The notes beneath the pieces are model-generated. The model did not search any database and was not told the DNA's origin. It worked only from the letters and a program-made list of their open reading frames with translations. 64,000 nt of DNA from Eledone cirrhosa (Eukaryota), in contig OZ024758.1 of the NCBI GenBank assembly GCA_964016885.1, positions 10,974,001 through 11,038,000 of the forward strand, read 5' to 3'. Below are positions 15,648 through 27,990 of the stretch, in pieces. How positions within the stretch are numbered: position 1 is the first letter of the stretch; each line of letters starts with the position of its first letter. Position numbers and translations under genes: made by a program.

Positions 15648-16189
15648 TAGAGGGGGAAATGGAGAGAAAGAACGATAAATATTAATATATAAACAAGGCT
15701 AAATATAATTGAAAAGACAGTCGTATATGAATGTGTATTGATCTTATTCCTATTCCTCTGAAAGAATCTCTTTAATCGCCTGTGCATGTGTAAATGACCA
15801 TAAAACTTACTATTGAAACAGTTTTATCAGAGGCTTTACAATCTCCTCGTGGCGAATCATTTCAAAAAAATCCCCAACATAATAAGCTATAATATCGATT
15901 CAGTAGAGTTTTTGTTGCTTGTGGTATAAGCTTCGAAGGGAAGAGAGAAAATTGACAATATATGATATTGTTTAAAAAATGTGTGAAGAGATGTGTGTTC
16001 AATGTTTTTATTACATATCTTTATAAACTAACACCTCACTTCAGATATAATGTTTTTTCATATATTGACTCCGATCTGTTCAAATAAATATTTTTAAATG
16101 TCTGATATAAAGTAAGCTTTAAATATCTGAGTTAGTTGCAAGCTAACTTACAATTCTCTCCATATACTTACAATTCTCTCCATATAGAC

Positions 16190-16318
16190 ATTTATCGACC
16201 CCGGGAGGTTGGAAGATAATGTCGACCTCGGTGGGATTTGAACTCAGAACGCAAGACATGGAACAAATACTGCAAAGCATTTCCCCCTACATTCTAACGG
16301 TTCTGCCAATTCGCTGCC
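16190..16318 (-). mobile_element. SINE family 1 relative, partial and older
   Basis: tttatcgacc...gacctcggtgggatttgaactcagaa...ctgccaattcgc. Confidence 0.75.
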
Positions 16319-17339
16319 AAAGACATTTCACAAAGCTATGACGTGAAAGAGATTTGGTTACTACTTCTCTCGGGTTGAATAGCTTCGTAAAGGTACCATT
16401 GGTGGTTCGATCTCTTAAAATGTTGTTTTTTTTGTGTTCTTTTGTCTTTTACACCTTTCGCCCACAGTTATTTACATCAGCGGGAAAAGTAAATTATCAA
16501 TTTGTTGGTAGCGCCAAAATTTCCCTTGGTGCTTCAGGCATCGTTGTCGGTTAATTGCTAAAAGCAGAACTCTGAAAAGAAAAGAAATTAGAAGCAAATA
16601 TAGTTAGCCTGAATGTTTGGAAGCAAAATATATTTCTATATAAACCAAGTGAGAAAGTGTTGTTGCTGTTCTGAACAAAGTTCGCTGCTTTGATATAATA
16701 ATGATTATAATAAAAATCATGTATGTAAAGAGCATTAACGTGTGAGTAGATTAGCTTTCGGCAGTATAAAACTATCAAACACCACAAACAACAACAACAA
16801 CACCATCGTTTACTTGTAAGTTCAACATTTCATCGCCATCTTGTTCTTAACGTTTCCTTCACATGTTCTGCTCTAAGGCAAATGATTTTTCAATGCTTCA
16901 TATAAGACACAAGACAATAGTACGTTTGCCGTTAACAGACGATGTTAGCAGCATATTTACTGTTGCTATGTTATTTCCTATGGCATTTCAATTATGAAGA
17001 CTCCAGAGAATTTCGGAAAATTACTGATTTTTGTTAATAAAACGAGCAAAATTATGAATTCAATTTTTATTGTAACCCAAATCTATTTTTTGAAATATAA
17101 TATTAGTCACGACTTTTCCATTTAATGGAACACCATTGTCACTGGCAAAGTTAATTCATAACTACAAAATATATTAATTTAAAACGCCAGCAATTAATTT
17201 AATGTTAGAGAACACTACGACTACACAAATGACCACATTAACAAATAAGAGACAGATAATACATTGTCTCTTGTATTGCGTTGGATCTGTGTTCAAGACA
17301 TTTAATTCTTAATTATATTGCAGAAAAAAACATGAATTG

Positions 17340-17514
17340 GTGGCCAACATTTTGGGGGGAGGGGAAAGTCGATAAAATTTACCCCAGTGCGTTACTGGTA
17401 TTTTATCGACCTCGTACCTACCCTCGGTGGTATTTGAACTTAGAATTTAAAGGACGTAACTCTATGTTGTAAAGCATGTTGTCGGACGCTCTACCGATTT
17501 CTGTCAATCCACGA
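17340..17514 (-). mobile_element. SINE family 1, diverged
   Basis: Consensus match with an internal deletion. Confidence 0.75.
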
Positions 17515-19748
17515 CCTTCACGATAGCTATATAATGAAACTAGACTACATCAAATCACGTCTTACGTCCATAATGTGTTATAAAACAAAAGCCGGAACCA
17601 ATTCATTATTTATGGTTACAGAGATGTCCAAAGCTTTAATGACCATCTATATTTGATTAGCTTTCTTTGCTGTTCGGATTGCTTAACAAAAGTAGTTGAG
17701 GTTATGTACTTTAATCACCTTCGGAGTTTAATCTGTGTTACAAGGTGCAGATTTATGAATATGAGGCTGTCAGGAGATTGGTACATTTTCAATTAGAGCT
17801 GTTATTAGATTTATAATTATATGCATACCTTTGAACAGTTAAATTGAAATTACATTCGACAAATTCTTACTATTCAATAGCTTTCAATTATATAGAATTT
17901 AAAGCGTATAAAATAAGTGATAAATTCGAAATGTAACTGATAGTTATTTCTATTAAATTCAATTAGCCTTAAACTCGACTCATAACTGTTCATTAACTTT
18001 CAGATAATAATTTAACATTCCATTATGTTATATATTTCCGACAAGAAACATCTGAATAGAAATAACTAGATGTTTAAGACTGAAATACGTGCTGAATATC
18101 TCATTATAAATTTGCTCGCAGAAACATAATTATAGATATCTTTCTGTCTAGTGAGACCACTCAATAAATGCGAACATGTACTTTTATTAATTTTATTTAT
18201 TTATTGGACATCGATTATCTTTAATGTTTGTGTATATGTGTCTGTATATGTGTAGGTATATATCTGTGTATATGTATGTATGTATGTATGTGTGTTATAA
18301 CACAGCTGAAACACTAATCTACAAATAATACACTTGCTGGATTTTTAAACAAGTACTTCTAACAGATTATCTAGTATGTGTTTGTTTTGTCCAATAAATC
18401 ATGTTTGTACGTTAGAAAATATAAAATTTTATGACAGAAATATTAATAAGATTGTCTGGACTACATTACAGTTTTCTATTTATAACTTGCTCTTTTAACA
18501 TTAGCAATTTGAGGTGGAGAGAATATTGCAACCACATCTTATGAAGTATTGAAGTATTGCTCTTAATTTGCCTATAAGAGTACATTTATCAAACCTAGCA
18601 CTGGTACCTCGTTTGCTGATTTGTATTGCTTCTTTATTTATAGTGCAACCAAATCAAAACAATGTAGAGAAAGAAATAAAGACTTTGTTCGCAGCAAAGA
18701 AATAAATTGTTCCATATTAATGCAGTTTATATCACCTTCTTATACCATCGAAACCCAAGTAATTTTGCAGGCATTTCAATAGCTTAAATATTCGATGAAT
18801 TTCTTCCTTTCTCGTAGAAACTATGCATTGTTAGTTGAACTAGATTGAGCCAGAAAAAATTACGTATGTTTTATTTTCTAGGTGTACAATGTTGCGGCGG
18901 TGACTTGATGTGTGTTTGTAATCTCGTGAAGTAGATGATGTAAATAAACGCAATTGTATTCCTTGTTAAATAGTCTTCAACTATTCTATGTTCCAAAACA
19001 GAATACTAACTTATCAATCATATCAATTGAGAAACTACGAATTTATTTATTCCACCGTTTCAATCTTCAATTCCCTTAAAGCAGAAAGAGTAACTCTTCT
19101 ATTTCTGGCTATGAAACCAATTCATGAATTCCCAGAAACATGAATGTTTCTATGATACAGATTTTCCAACTAAATAAATCAAAACAAATTCTCTCAAAGT
19201 CCCAAGCTCATTCTTTCTGTGAATATTGGTAATAAATCCATTACATTATTACAGCAAAACAAAGGCTAAGATTATCGGTATTTGTTAGAAATGCTCGTTA
19301 GGATAAATTACATTTATTCGAGTGTAATATTCAAATGTAAATTCATGATTAGTAACTTCATCAAGTGGAATTTCTTGTTGATTGATTACTAATCAGGAAT
19401 CAGTAATCGAAATAATTTGAACACACGAAAACAATAATATTAACAGAAAGAAATTAACTATGACAGAGAGTTATGGTTTAAGATATTACAGAAAAGTAAC
19501 CATGGCAAAGTAACCAGGCGTGCAATAGGCAGGATTTTCCTAAAAATAAAATAAATTGAATGAATAAGAACCAAGAAAACAAACACCACAAGTTTCCGCC
19601 CTTTATTCTTTTATTAGGGATGAGGCATTGTATAAAATATTATAATTTTTAGAATTCTGACATAACATTAATTTAACAAATGAGCTTCTTATCCAATTCA
19701 ACTGATACTCATATATTATCATCCCAATATCTTTTATTATTAACTCTC

Positions 19749-20436
19749 AATGTCCTTTACAGCATAAAACCACCTTAGCAAGCCATTCTTGAAAAGTACA
19801 AAACAGTACTAAAACTACACGACATTAAATGTCCTTTACAGCATAAAACCACATTAGCAAGCCATTCTTGAAAAGTACAAAACAGTACTAAAACTACACG
19901 ACATTAAATGTCCTTTACCACATAAAACCACCTTAGCAAGCCATTCTTGAAAAGTACAAAACAGTACTAAAACTACACGACATTAAATGTCCTTTACAGC
20001 ATAAAACCACATTAGCAAGCCATTCTTGAAAAGTACAAAACAGTACTAAAACTACACGACATTAAATGTCCTTTACAGCATAAAACCACATTAGCAAGCC
20101 ATTCTTGAAAAGTACAAAACAGTACTAAAACTACACGACATTAAATGTCCTTTACCACATAAAACCACCTTAGCAAGCCATTCTTGAAAAGTACAAAACA
20201 GTACTAAAACTACACGACATTAAATGTCCTTTACAGCATAAAACCACATTAGCAAGCCATTCTTGAAAAGTACAAAACAGTGCTAAAACTACACGACATT
20301 AAATGTCCTTTACAGCATAAAACCACATTAGCAAGCCATTCTTGAAAAGTACAAAACAGTACTAAAACTACACGACATTAAATGTCCTTTACCACATGAA
20401 ACCACATTAGCAAGCCATTCTTGAAAAGTACAAAAC
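19749..20436. repeat. 79-bp tandem repeat, about 8.7 copies
   Basis: tgtcctttac at 19751, 19830, 19909 and onward; few variant sites. Confidence 0.95.
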
Positions 20437-21079
20437 GTCATTATAACTACATCACATTTAAAATTGAAGTCTTTATTTTTAGTTTACTACAAATTGTCAC
20501 AGCAGTCTTTACACTAGTAAATATACTATAAACATCTGAATTAACAAACTTGGTTTTAGATATTTCTGCTGAATCATTACATGATGCTAAGAGTGAATAT
20601 AATGTCTCTTAGACTGGAGTAACTCAGTTTAAGATGGCGGAATACTCAATTACATCGTCACTGCTTTAATTGTAGTTATCAATAACAGCAATAGCACACC
20701 TAATATTATTTTACACTTTTATAATCTCCATCTTGATTTTGCTTAACAACAAATATGTCAGACAGGAAGTACTTGCTGAGAAATTAAGACTCTATTAACA
20801 AAACAAAAGCCACTGGAGTTCGAATTGGAAGAAATTCGTGATGTTGTGAGTCATTGATGATAAATTCAATAACTATACACACACAAAAAAAGAAATAAGT
20901 TTATTATCGTCGAGAGAAGAGAATTTTAACCTTACTCTTACGAAAGAACAACAAATTCATTCCATTTTGATAAATTTGTTTGATAAACAGAATGCATTTA
21001 TAAAATTTCTTGATAAAGTACTTTTCAGAATCGTATATTAGTTTAGCGACATACACCAAAGCTAGGAAATTTTCTTTAT

Positions 21080-21355
21080 AATAATTGTTTCTATTGTAGG
21101 CACAAGGCCAGCAATTACTCAGTACATTACTGGTACTTTATTTTATCAACCCCGTAAGGATGAAAGGTAAAGTTAACCTCGGCGGGATTTGAACTCAGAT
21201 CATAAAGGGACTTAACTCTATGCTTCAAAGCATGGTGTCCGACTCTCTACCGATACTGCCAATCCATGGTTTCTGATATAGGCACAAGGCCATCAATTTT
21301 GGGCAAAGTTGATTAAATCGACCCCCAGTGTATTACTGGTACTTTATTTTATCGA
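21080..21355 (-). mobile_element. SINE family 1, full copy plus adjacent 3' fragment
   Basis: 21080-21266 is full length; 21268-21355 is a tail fragment. Confidence 0.85.
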
Positions 21356-21407
21356 ACAACTGGAACACTGTGAACCATTACACTATCACGACAAAGAGGA
21401 AATGAGA

Positions 21408-21493
<86 letters not shown>

Positions 21494-24036
21494 AGATGCT
21501 GGTGATTTAATGGCAGTAAATGTCAGAATGATGCAACAGAAAACAAAGAGAGAGGAAGAAATATTTGAATTTAAAGAGTGAGCTACAGGTAAATAAGATG
21601 ACAGAGAAGAGAAGGATGGTCCAGAGTCCAGAAACTGTTATTTCAGAGGTGGAGATTTATTTTAGTAAAACAAAAAAAATACTACAGTGAGTGAAATAAC
21701 ATGTTAGCAGGGTAATAAATATAGAATGTTGATAAATAAATATGTGTCAATCAGTTTGAAAGTCTGTTGTCCTGGGGGTGGATGGAAGAGTCTAGAACAT
21801 TCCTGAATATAAGCGACATAATGTTCTAATTGTGTTTTCTTGTTTCATCTAGTTACTCTGCATTGTGCTTTTGAATTAAACAAAAGCAAAACAACACACA
21901 AGAAAACTCTGCTATCGAATCCTGCCGAGAAACATTTGTTATATTGATACAGCGTTCGGAATTTGCTTTCGTTTGAATTTTGTTTTTGTATTTTGTTTTA
22001 TATGGAAAAGGCTCATTTCTTAAACCTGTTAATTTCCATCCTGTATTAGCCCGGGTAATATATTCTATAATGTTAAACACCAGCCTCAAAGAGTCATTAC
22101 GGTTCTATTGCAATTCTGAGTACAAATTAAATAATATTTGTATATGTGCATCCTTTAAGAAAAATCAATAGAATGCTATTTGGTTTTGCTTTCATCTTTT
22201 GTTTTTCCTGCTGTGAATAATTGCTTAAAGGATAGCAGAAACCATTGATAGTTTCATTAAATATCTTGTAGTAGTGTTTGTTTTATCCTTCTACGTTGAT
22301 TCTGAGTTCAAATACCATCGGCGCTAACATCCAACTTCTATTTCTCAGTTATCCGTACAATGAAATAGTAAAAACAGTTTAAAGCTATTTCTAATACAAT
22401 TTAATATCATGTGTTGTCAAAGGAGTCGAGTATCTGTTGCAAAAGATTCCTATTGCCAAAACATGTGTCATCTTAGAATATATTTTGTTGGTGGGAGAAC
22501 TGTAAAAGACCAAGTGGTAATCTACTGACAATTTTGTGTCTGTAATTCCTCGTCAAACTAATAGTGGTGGAAACATATAGAGTCCTGGATCTCCGAGCTA
22601 CTGGTCTTAGCTGGAATATAGTCCTGTATATACACATATTCTGGATATTATTGGCTAGGATATAGTCATGTATACACGCACATACTGGATGGTCTTTACT
22701 GGAATGTAGTCCTGTATATATACACACTTTCTGGCTACTGTTGGCTGGTATGCAACTACTACTTCTATCAGATTATTCACAGTAACCACTAAGCCACGCA
22801 ACTAATGCAAAATACGTAAGATTCAGTAATGTTACTGAGCGAATTATTGGTACACTTTCTATATAACTTATATTAAAACATACAACATTATGTTCGTTTA
22901 TACCCTCTTGTATGTAGGTTGCCTGGCAACGTACATAATGAGGGAAAGAAGTTACACAGGGGAGAAAGTATGTTTTAATGTTAGTCATACATCTTGAAAT
23001 TGAAATATATATATATATATAATAGTAATGATAATAAATTTGGAGACTAAAATCCAAAGAGGGCTCGATAAGGATAAATATATATCAAATATATAAGAAC
23101 CGTAGAGCAAATATTTAATCTGTTATTTTAATAACTATATATATATATAATATATATATATATATTATATATATAAATATAAATTCAGCGAGAATCACAT
23201 TTCGGCGGGTAGAAAAAGCGAAACGAAACGCAAATCAGAGTTATGCTGGCAAGCGCTTAATAGTTAAAAAAAAAACAGAGCTAAAGAATATGTTAAAACA
23301 CCATACAAACTGAAAAAGTGGTCAAGAAGGCATTAACCACCTAAGCCAAAAAACAAATCAAGCTAAACAGGTCAAACAAAATAAATGATAAAAACATATA
23401 TATATATATATAGGGGTTGTGTTGAAAGGATAGGGTTTGTTCGTATGATGTTTTATATTCAAATTCATTATCAAACTTCCGTTTGTGAATAGATTTTCAA
23501 TTTGATTTCTCACTCGTTCCTTCAATTACAGCACCATTACCATTGAAAACGCGTTACGAAATTTCTTTTCTTCTCTGTGGCTTTTATTAAGTAAATATGT
23601 AATTTCTTCAATTTTTCATCAGATTAGTTTTTCTATAAATTATAAGGAATGTGTATTTATATTCATTTAAAGCATGTATTTCTCCGTCAATAAAATTATG
23701 CATTTATATCAGATTAATATATGAATTTTTATGGAGATTAAGAATAAATCTAACATTTGTTTTTCTCTATAGCAGATTAAGAGCTGAATTTTTTCAGTAT
23801 GTTGTAAAAATATGCTTTATTATTGGATTAGAAAAATAAGCATTTCATTTCATTGGGGATTAGAAAATATTATTTTGTCATTAGATTATTGAGGGTGGTA
23901 TTATCTTGTCAGATTAGAATATCAATTCTTAACGAAATTATGCTGTGGTAAGACATTCTTCAATAACAAAACGTGTAAACTTCGAATTTCGTTGTTATTT
24001 AACCCAAGTCAGCCTTGATCAAACACATCTCTCATC

Positions 24037-24190
24037 GTTTCTGATTTAGGCAGCAGGCAAACAATTTAGGGGAGGGAAAAGTCGATTAAATCGACCCCAG
24101 TGTATTACTAGTGCTTTATTCTATCGACCCTGTAAGGATGAAAGGCAAAGCATATTGTCAGTCGGTCTACCGATTACTGCCAATCCACCA
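24037..24190 (-). mobile_element. SINE family 1, long-tail variant, internally deleted
   Basis: gtcgattaaatcgaccccagt...tatcgaccctgtaaggatgaaaggcaaag...gccaatccacc. Confidence 0.8.
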
Positions 24191-24228
24191 CCAATGTGGA
24201 ATGATGCATATATACATATGTGTGTGTG

Positions 24229-24265
<37 letters not shown>

Positions 24266-24430
24266 TTGTGTTATATGCTGACGAGTTAATAGATGGGAAT
24301 AAAACGACACACTTACACATACATATATATGTGAGTGAATATATATATATATCCAGACAGCTTCCAAAAATAATGGTTGCATCTAATAGGGTACGTCAAA
24401 ATTATTTATAAAACTGTTTATATATTGTAT

Positions 24431-24490
24431 TTTGTCTGATGAAGGCATACCATATTTTAATTTGGTATCCCTGAAATATGCATCGTCAGT
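24431..24490 (+). ncRNA. Hammerhead-like core with weak stem I
   Basis: CTGATGA agg c atacca...tggtat c cct GAAA tatgca TC. Core, stem II and AUC triplet are present; stem I pairs poorly. Confidence 0.45.
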
Positions 24491-24946
24491 GGTGCTATTG
24501 TTTCCTCCCGTTGCAGATGTGCAACGAAAGAACTTTGATAAACTATATATATGTGTTTGTGTCTATATTGTATCTGTATTATTTTTGACCGTCGGTCAGT
24601 CAATGGCAACATTGAGGACCGAATAAATAGATTACCGATATAAAAGATACAGAAACGAAAAGCGAAAACCAACCAAACAGTGAGTGTGTTCTGTTATTAA
24701 TTCTGGCAATATTACACAAATATGACCCTCCCCAAGTATAACAATATTTGTTTCGACACACGATTTCATATCAAAAACCTCGCAAAACTATATATATATA
24801 TATATAAAACCTTTTGTATTTTCATTGGTCAAAAACCTCGCAAAACTATATATATATATGCATAAAACCTTTTGTATTTTCATTGGTCAATTTTGTTCCC
24901 AAACGGACCTGAAATTTTGAATTGTTGTTATTATCAATAAATATAT

Positions 24947-25100
24947 TTCATTATTTCTGAAGACGGCGTATATATGTGTTGGTATGTATATTTAATCTTG
25001 ATAGTTTGTATAATTTTGTATAATTTTGTACATAGATCTGTTGAATATGCATGCCAATTCTAACACATATATATCCTAGAAACGATCGTTAAATAATGAA
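24947..25100 (+). ncRNA. Type I hammerhead ribozyme with long stem II
   Basis: ttcattattt CTGAAGA [cggc gtatatatgtgttgg ... ctaacacatatatat ccta] GAAA cgatcg TT aaataatgaa. 10-bp perfect stem I, about 15-bp stem II helix with an imperfect base, palindromic stem III, GUU triplet. Confidence 0.7.
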
Positions 25101-25294
25101 CTTTTTTTGTTTAATATAAGGAACTGTTTCATTGTTTTATTCATTATTTGTTTAATATTTTATCTTGACTCTGTATTCCGTTTATCTTTCACCGAAAGTG
25201 ATTTTTCATTACATCTCTTCTTTCCATGATATCCGGAATACATTGAGTTCTTCATACGGATTGGACACTACCGTAAACTCTTGGTAGATTTATC

Positions 25295-25330
<36 letters not shown>

Positions 25331-25452
25331 AATATAGACATAGAATATTCGAAAATATTCTGTATGTTTATAATAAACATTTTGAAGACCTAATCGCTAT
25401 AGAATAGAATACGTCACGTATTACAATTAGATTCTCGATAAAAGCAAGGGAA

Positions 25453-25495
25453 GTAATCTACGCGTTTCATTCTCGTTAGAAATCATCAGGACTAC
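25453..25495 (-). ncRNA. Type I hammerhead ribozyme (representative; also at 25763, 26073, 26383, 26693, 27003, 27313 on -)
   Basis: Exact reverse complement of the motif at 27948-27990. Confidence 0.85.
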
Positions 25496-27947
25496 ATATC
25501 CAGTGCTTTTATCGAGAATGACACAGCTAGAGACTTATAGAATACTTAGCTGTGTACAGGAACTGGTTTGAAAGAGCGGTTGCCGGTCCGGCAGAAATTA
25601 GAAATTGGAATAAATGCTCTGAAATAGCGATATATATGTGAATATAGACATAGAATATTCGAAAATATTCTGTATGTTTATAATAAACATTTTGAAGACC
25701 TAATCGCTATAGAATAGAATACGTCACGTATTACAATTAGATTCTCGATAAAAGCAAGGGAAGTAATCTACGCGTTTCATTCTCGTTAGAAATCATCAGG
25801 ACTACATATCCAGTGCTTTTATCGAGAATGACACAGCTAGAGACTTATAGAATACTTAGCTGTGTACAGGAACTGGTTTGAAAGAGCGGTTGCCGGTCCG
25901 GCAGAAATTAGAAATTGGAATAAATGCTCTGAAATAGCGATATATATGTGAATATAGACATAGAATATTCGAAAATATTCTGTATGTTTATAATAAACAT
26001 TTTGAAGACCTAATCGCTATAGAATAGAATACGTCACGTATTACAATTAGATTCTCGATAAAAGCAAGGGAAGTAATCTACGCGTTTCATTCTCGTTAGA
26101 AATCATCAGGACTACATATCCAGTGCTTTTATCGAGAATGACACAGCTAGAGACTTATAGAATACTTAGCTGTGTACAGGAACTGGTTTGAAAGAGCGGT
26201 TGCCGGTCCGGCAGAAATTAGAAATTGGAATAAATGCTCTGAAATAGCGATATATATGTGAATATAGACATAGAATATTCGAAAATATTCTGTATGTTTA
26301 TAATAAACATTTTGAAGACCTAATCGCTATAGAATAGAATACGTCACGTATTACAATTAGATTCTCGATAAAAGCAAGGGAAGTAATCTACGCGTTTCAT
26401 TCTCGTTAGAAATCATCAGGACTACATATCCAGTGCTTTTATCGAGAATGACACAGCTAGAGACTTATAGAATACTTAGCTGTGTACAGGAACTGGTTTG
26501 AAAGAGCGGTTGCCGGTCCGGCAGAAATTAGAAATTGGAATAAATGCTCTGAAATAGCGATATATATGTGAATATAGACATAGAATATTCGAAAATATTC
26601 TGTATGTTTATAATAAACATTTTGAAGACCTAATCGCTATAGAATAGAATACGTCACGTATTACAATTAGATTCTCGATAAAAGCAAGGGAAGTAATCTA
26701 CGCGTTTCATTCTCGTTAGAAATCATCAGGACTACATATCCAGTGCTTTTATCGAGAATGACACAGCTAGAGACTTATAGAATACTTAGCTGTGTACAGG
26801 AACTGGTTTGAAAGAGCGGTTGCCGGTCCGGCAGAAATTAGAAATTGGAATAAATGCTCTGAAATAGCGATATATATGTGAATATAGACATAGAATATTC
26901 GAAAATATTCTGTATGTTTATAATAAACATTTTGAAGACCTAATCGCTATAGAATAGAATACGTCACGTATTACAATTAGATTCTCGATAAAAGCAAGGG
27001 AAGTAATCTACGCGTTTCATTCTCGTTAGAAATCATCAGGACTACATATCCAGTGCTTTTATCGAGAATGACACAGCTAGAGACTTATAGAATACTTAGC
27101 TGTGTACAGGAACTGGTTTGAAAGAGCGGTTGCCGGTCCGGCAGAAATTAGAAATTGGAATAAATGCTCTGAAATAGCGATATATATGTGAATATAGACA
27201 TAGAATATTCGAAAATATTCTGTATGTTTATAATAAACATTTTGAAGACCTAATCGCTATAGAATAGAATACGTCACGTATTACAATTAGATTCTCGATA
27301 AAAGCAAGGGAAGTAATCTACGCGTTTCATTCTCGTTAGAAATCATCAGGACTACATATCCAGTGCTTTTATCGAGAATGACACAGCTAGAGACTTATAG
27401 AATACTTAGCTGTGTACAGGAACTGGTTTGAAAGAGCGGTTGCCGGTCCGGCAGAAATTAGAAATTGGAATAAATGCTCTGAAATAGCGATATATATGTG
27501 AATATAGACATAGAATATTCGAAAATATTCTGTATGTTTATAATAAACATTTTGAAGACCTAATCGCTATAGAATAGAATACGTCACGTATTACAATTAG
27601 ATTCTCGATAAAAGCAAGGGAAGTAATCTACGCGTTTCATTCTCGTTAGATTTCTAACGAGAATGAAACGCGTAGATTACTTCCCTTGCTTTTATCGAGA
27701 ATCTAATTGTAATACGTGACGTATTCTATTCTATAGCGATTAGGTCTTCAAAATGTTTATTATAAACATACAGAATATTTTCGAATATTCTATGTCTATA
27801 TTCACATATATATCGCTATTTCAGAGCATTTATTCCAATTTCTAATTTCTGCCGGACCGGCAACCGCTCTTTCAAACCAGTTCCTGTACACAGCTAAGTA
27901 TTCTATAAGTCTCTAGCTGTGTCATTCTCGATAAAAGCACTGGATAT

Positions 27948-27990
27948 GTAGTCCTGATGATTTCTAACGAGAATGAAACGCGTAGATTAC
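27948..27990 (+). ncRNA. Type I hammerhead ribozyme (representative; also at 28258, 28568, 28878, 29188 on +)
   Basis: gtagtc CTGATGA t ttct aacg agaa t GAAA cgcg TA gattac. Stem I gtagtc/gattac, stem II ttct/agaa, palindromic stem III (acgcgt), predicted cleavage after GUA at 27984. Stem I is extended by a perfect 16-bp helix 27924-27939/27997-28012. Confidence 0.85.
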
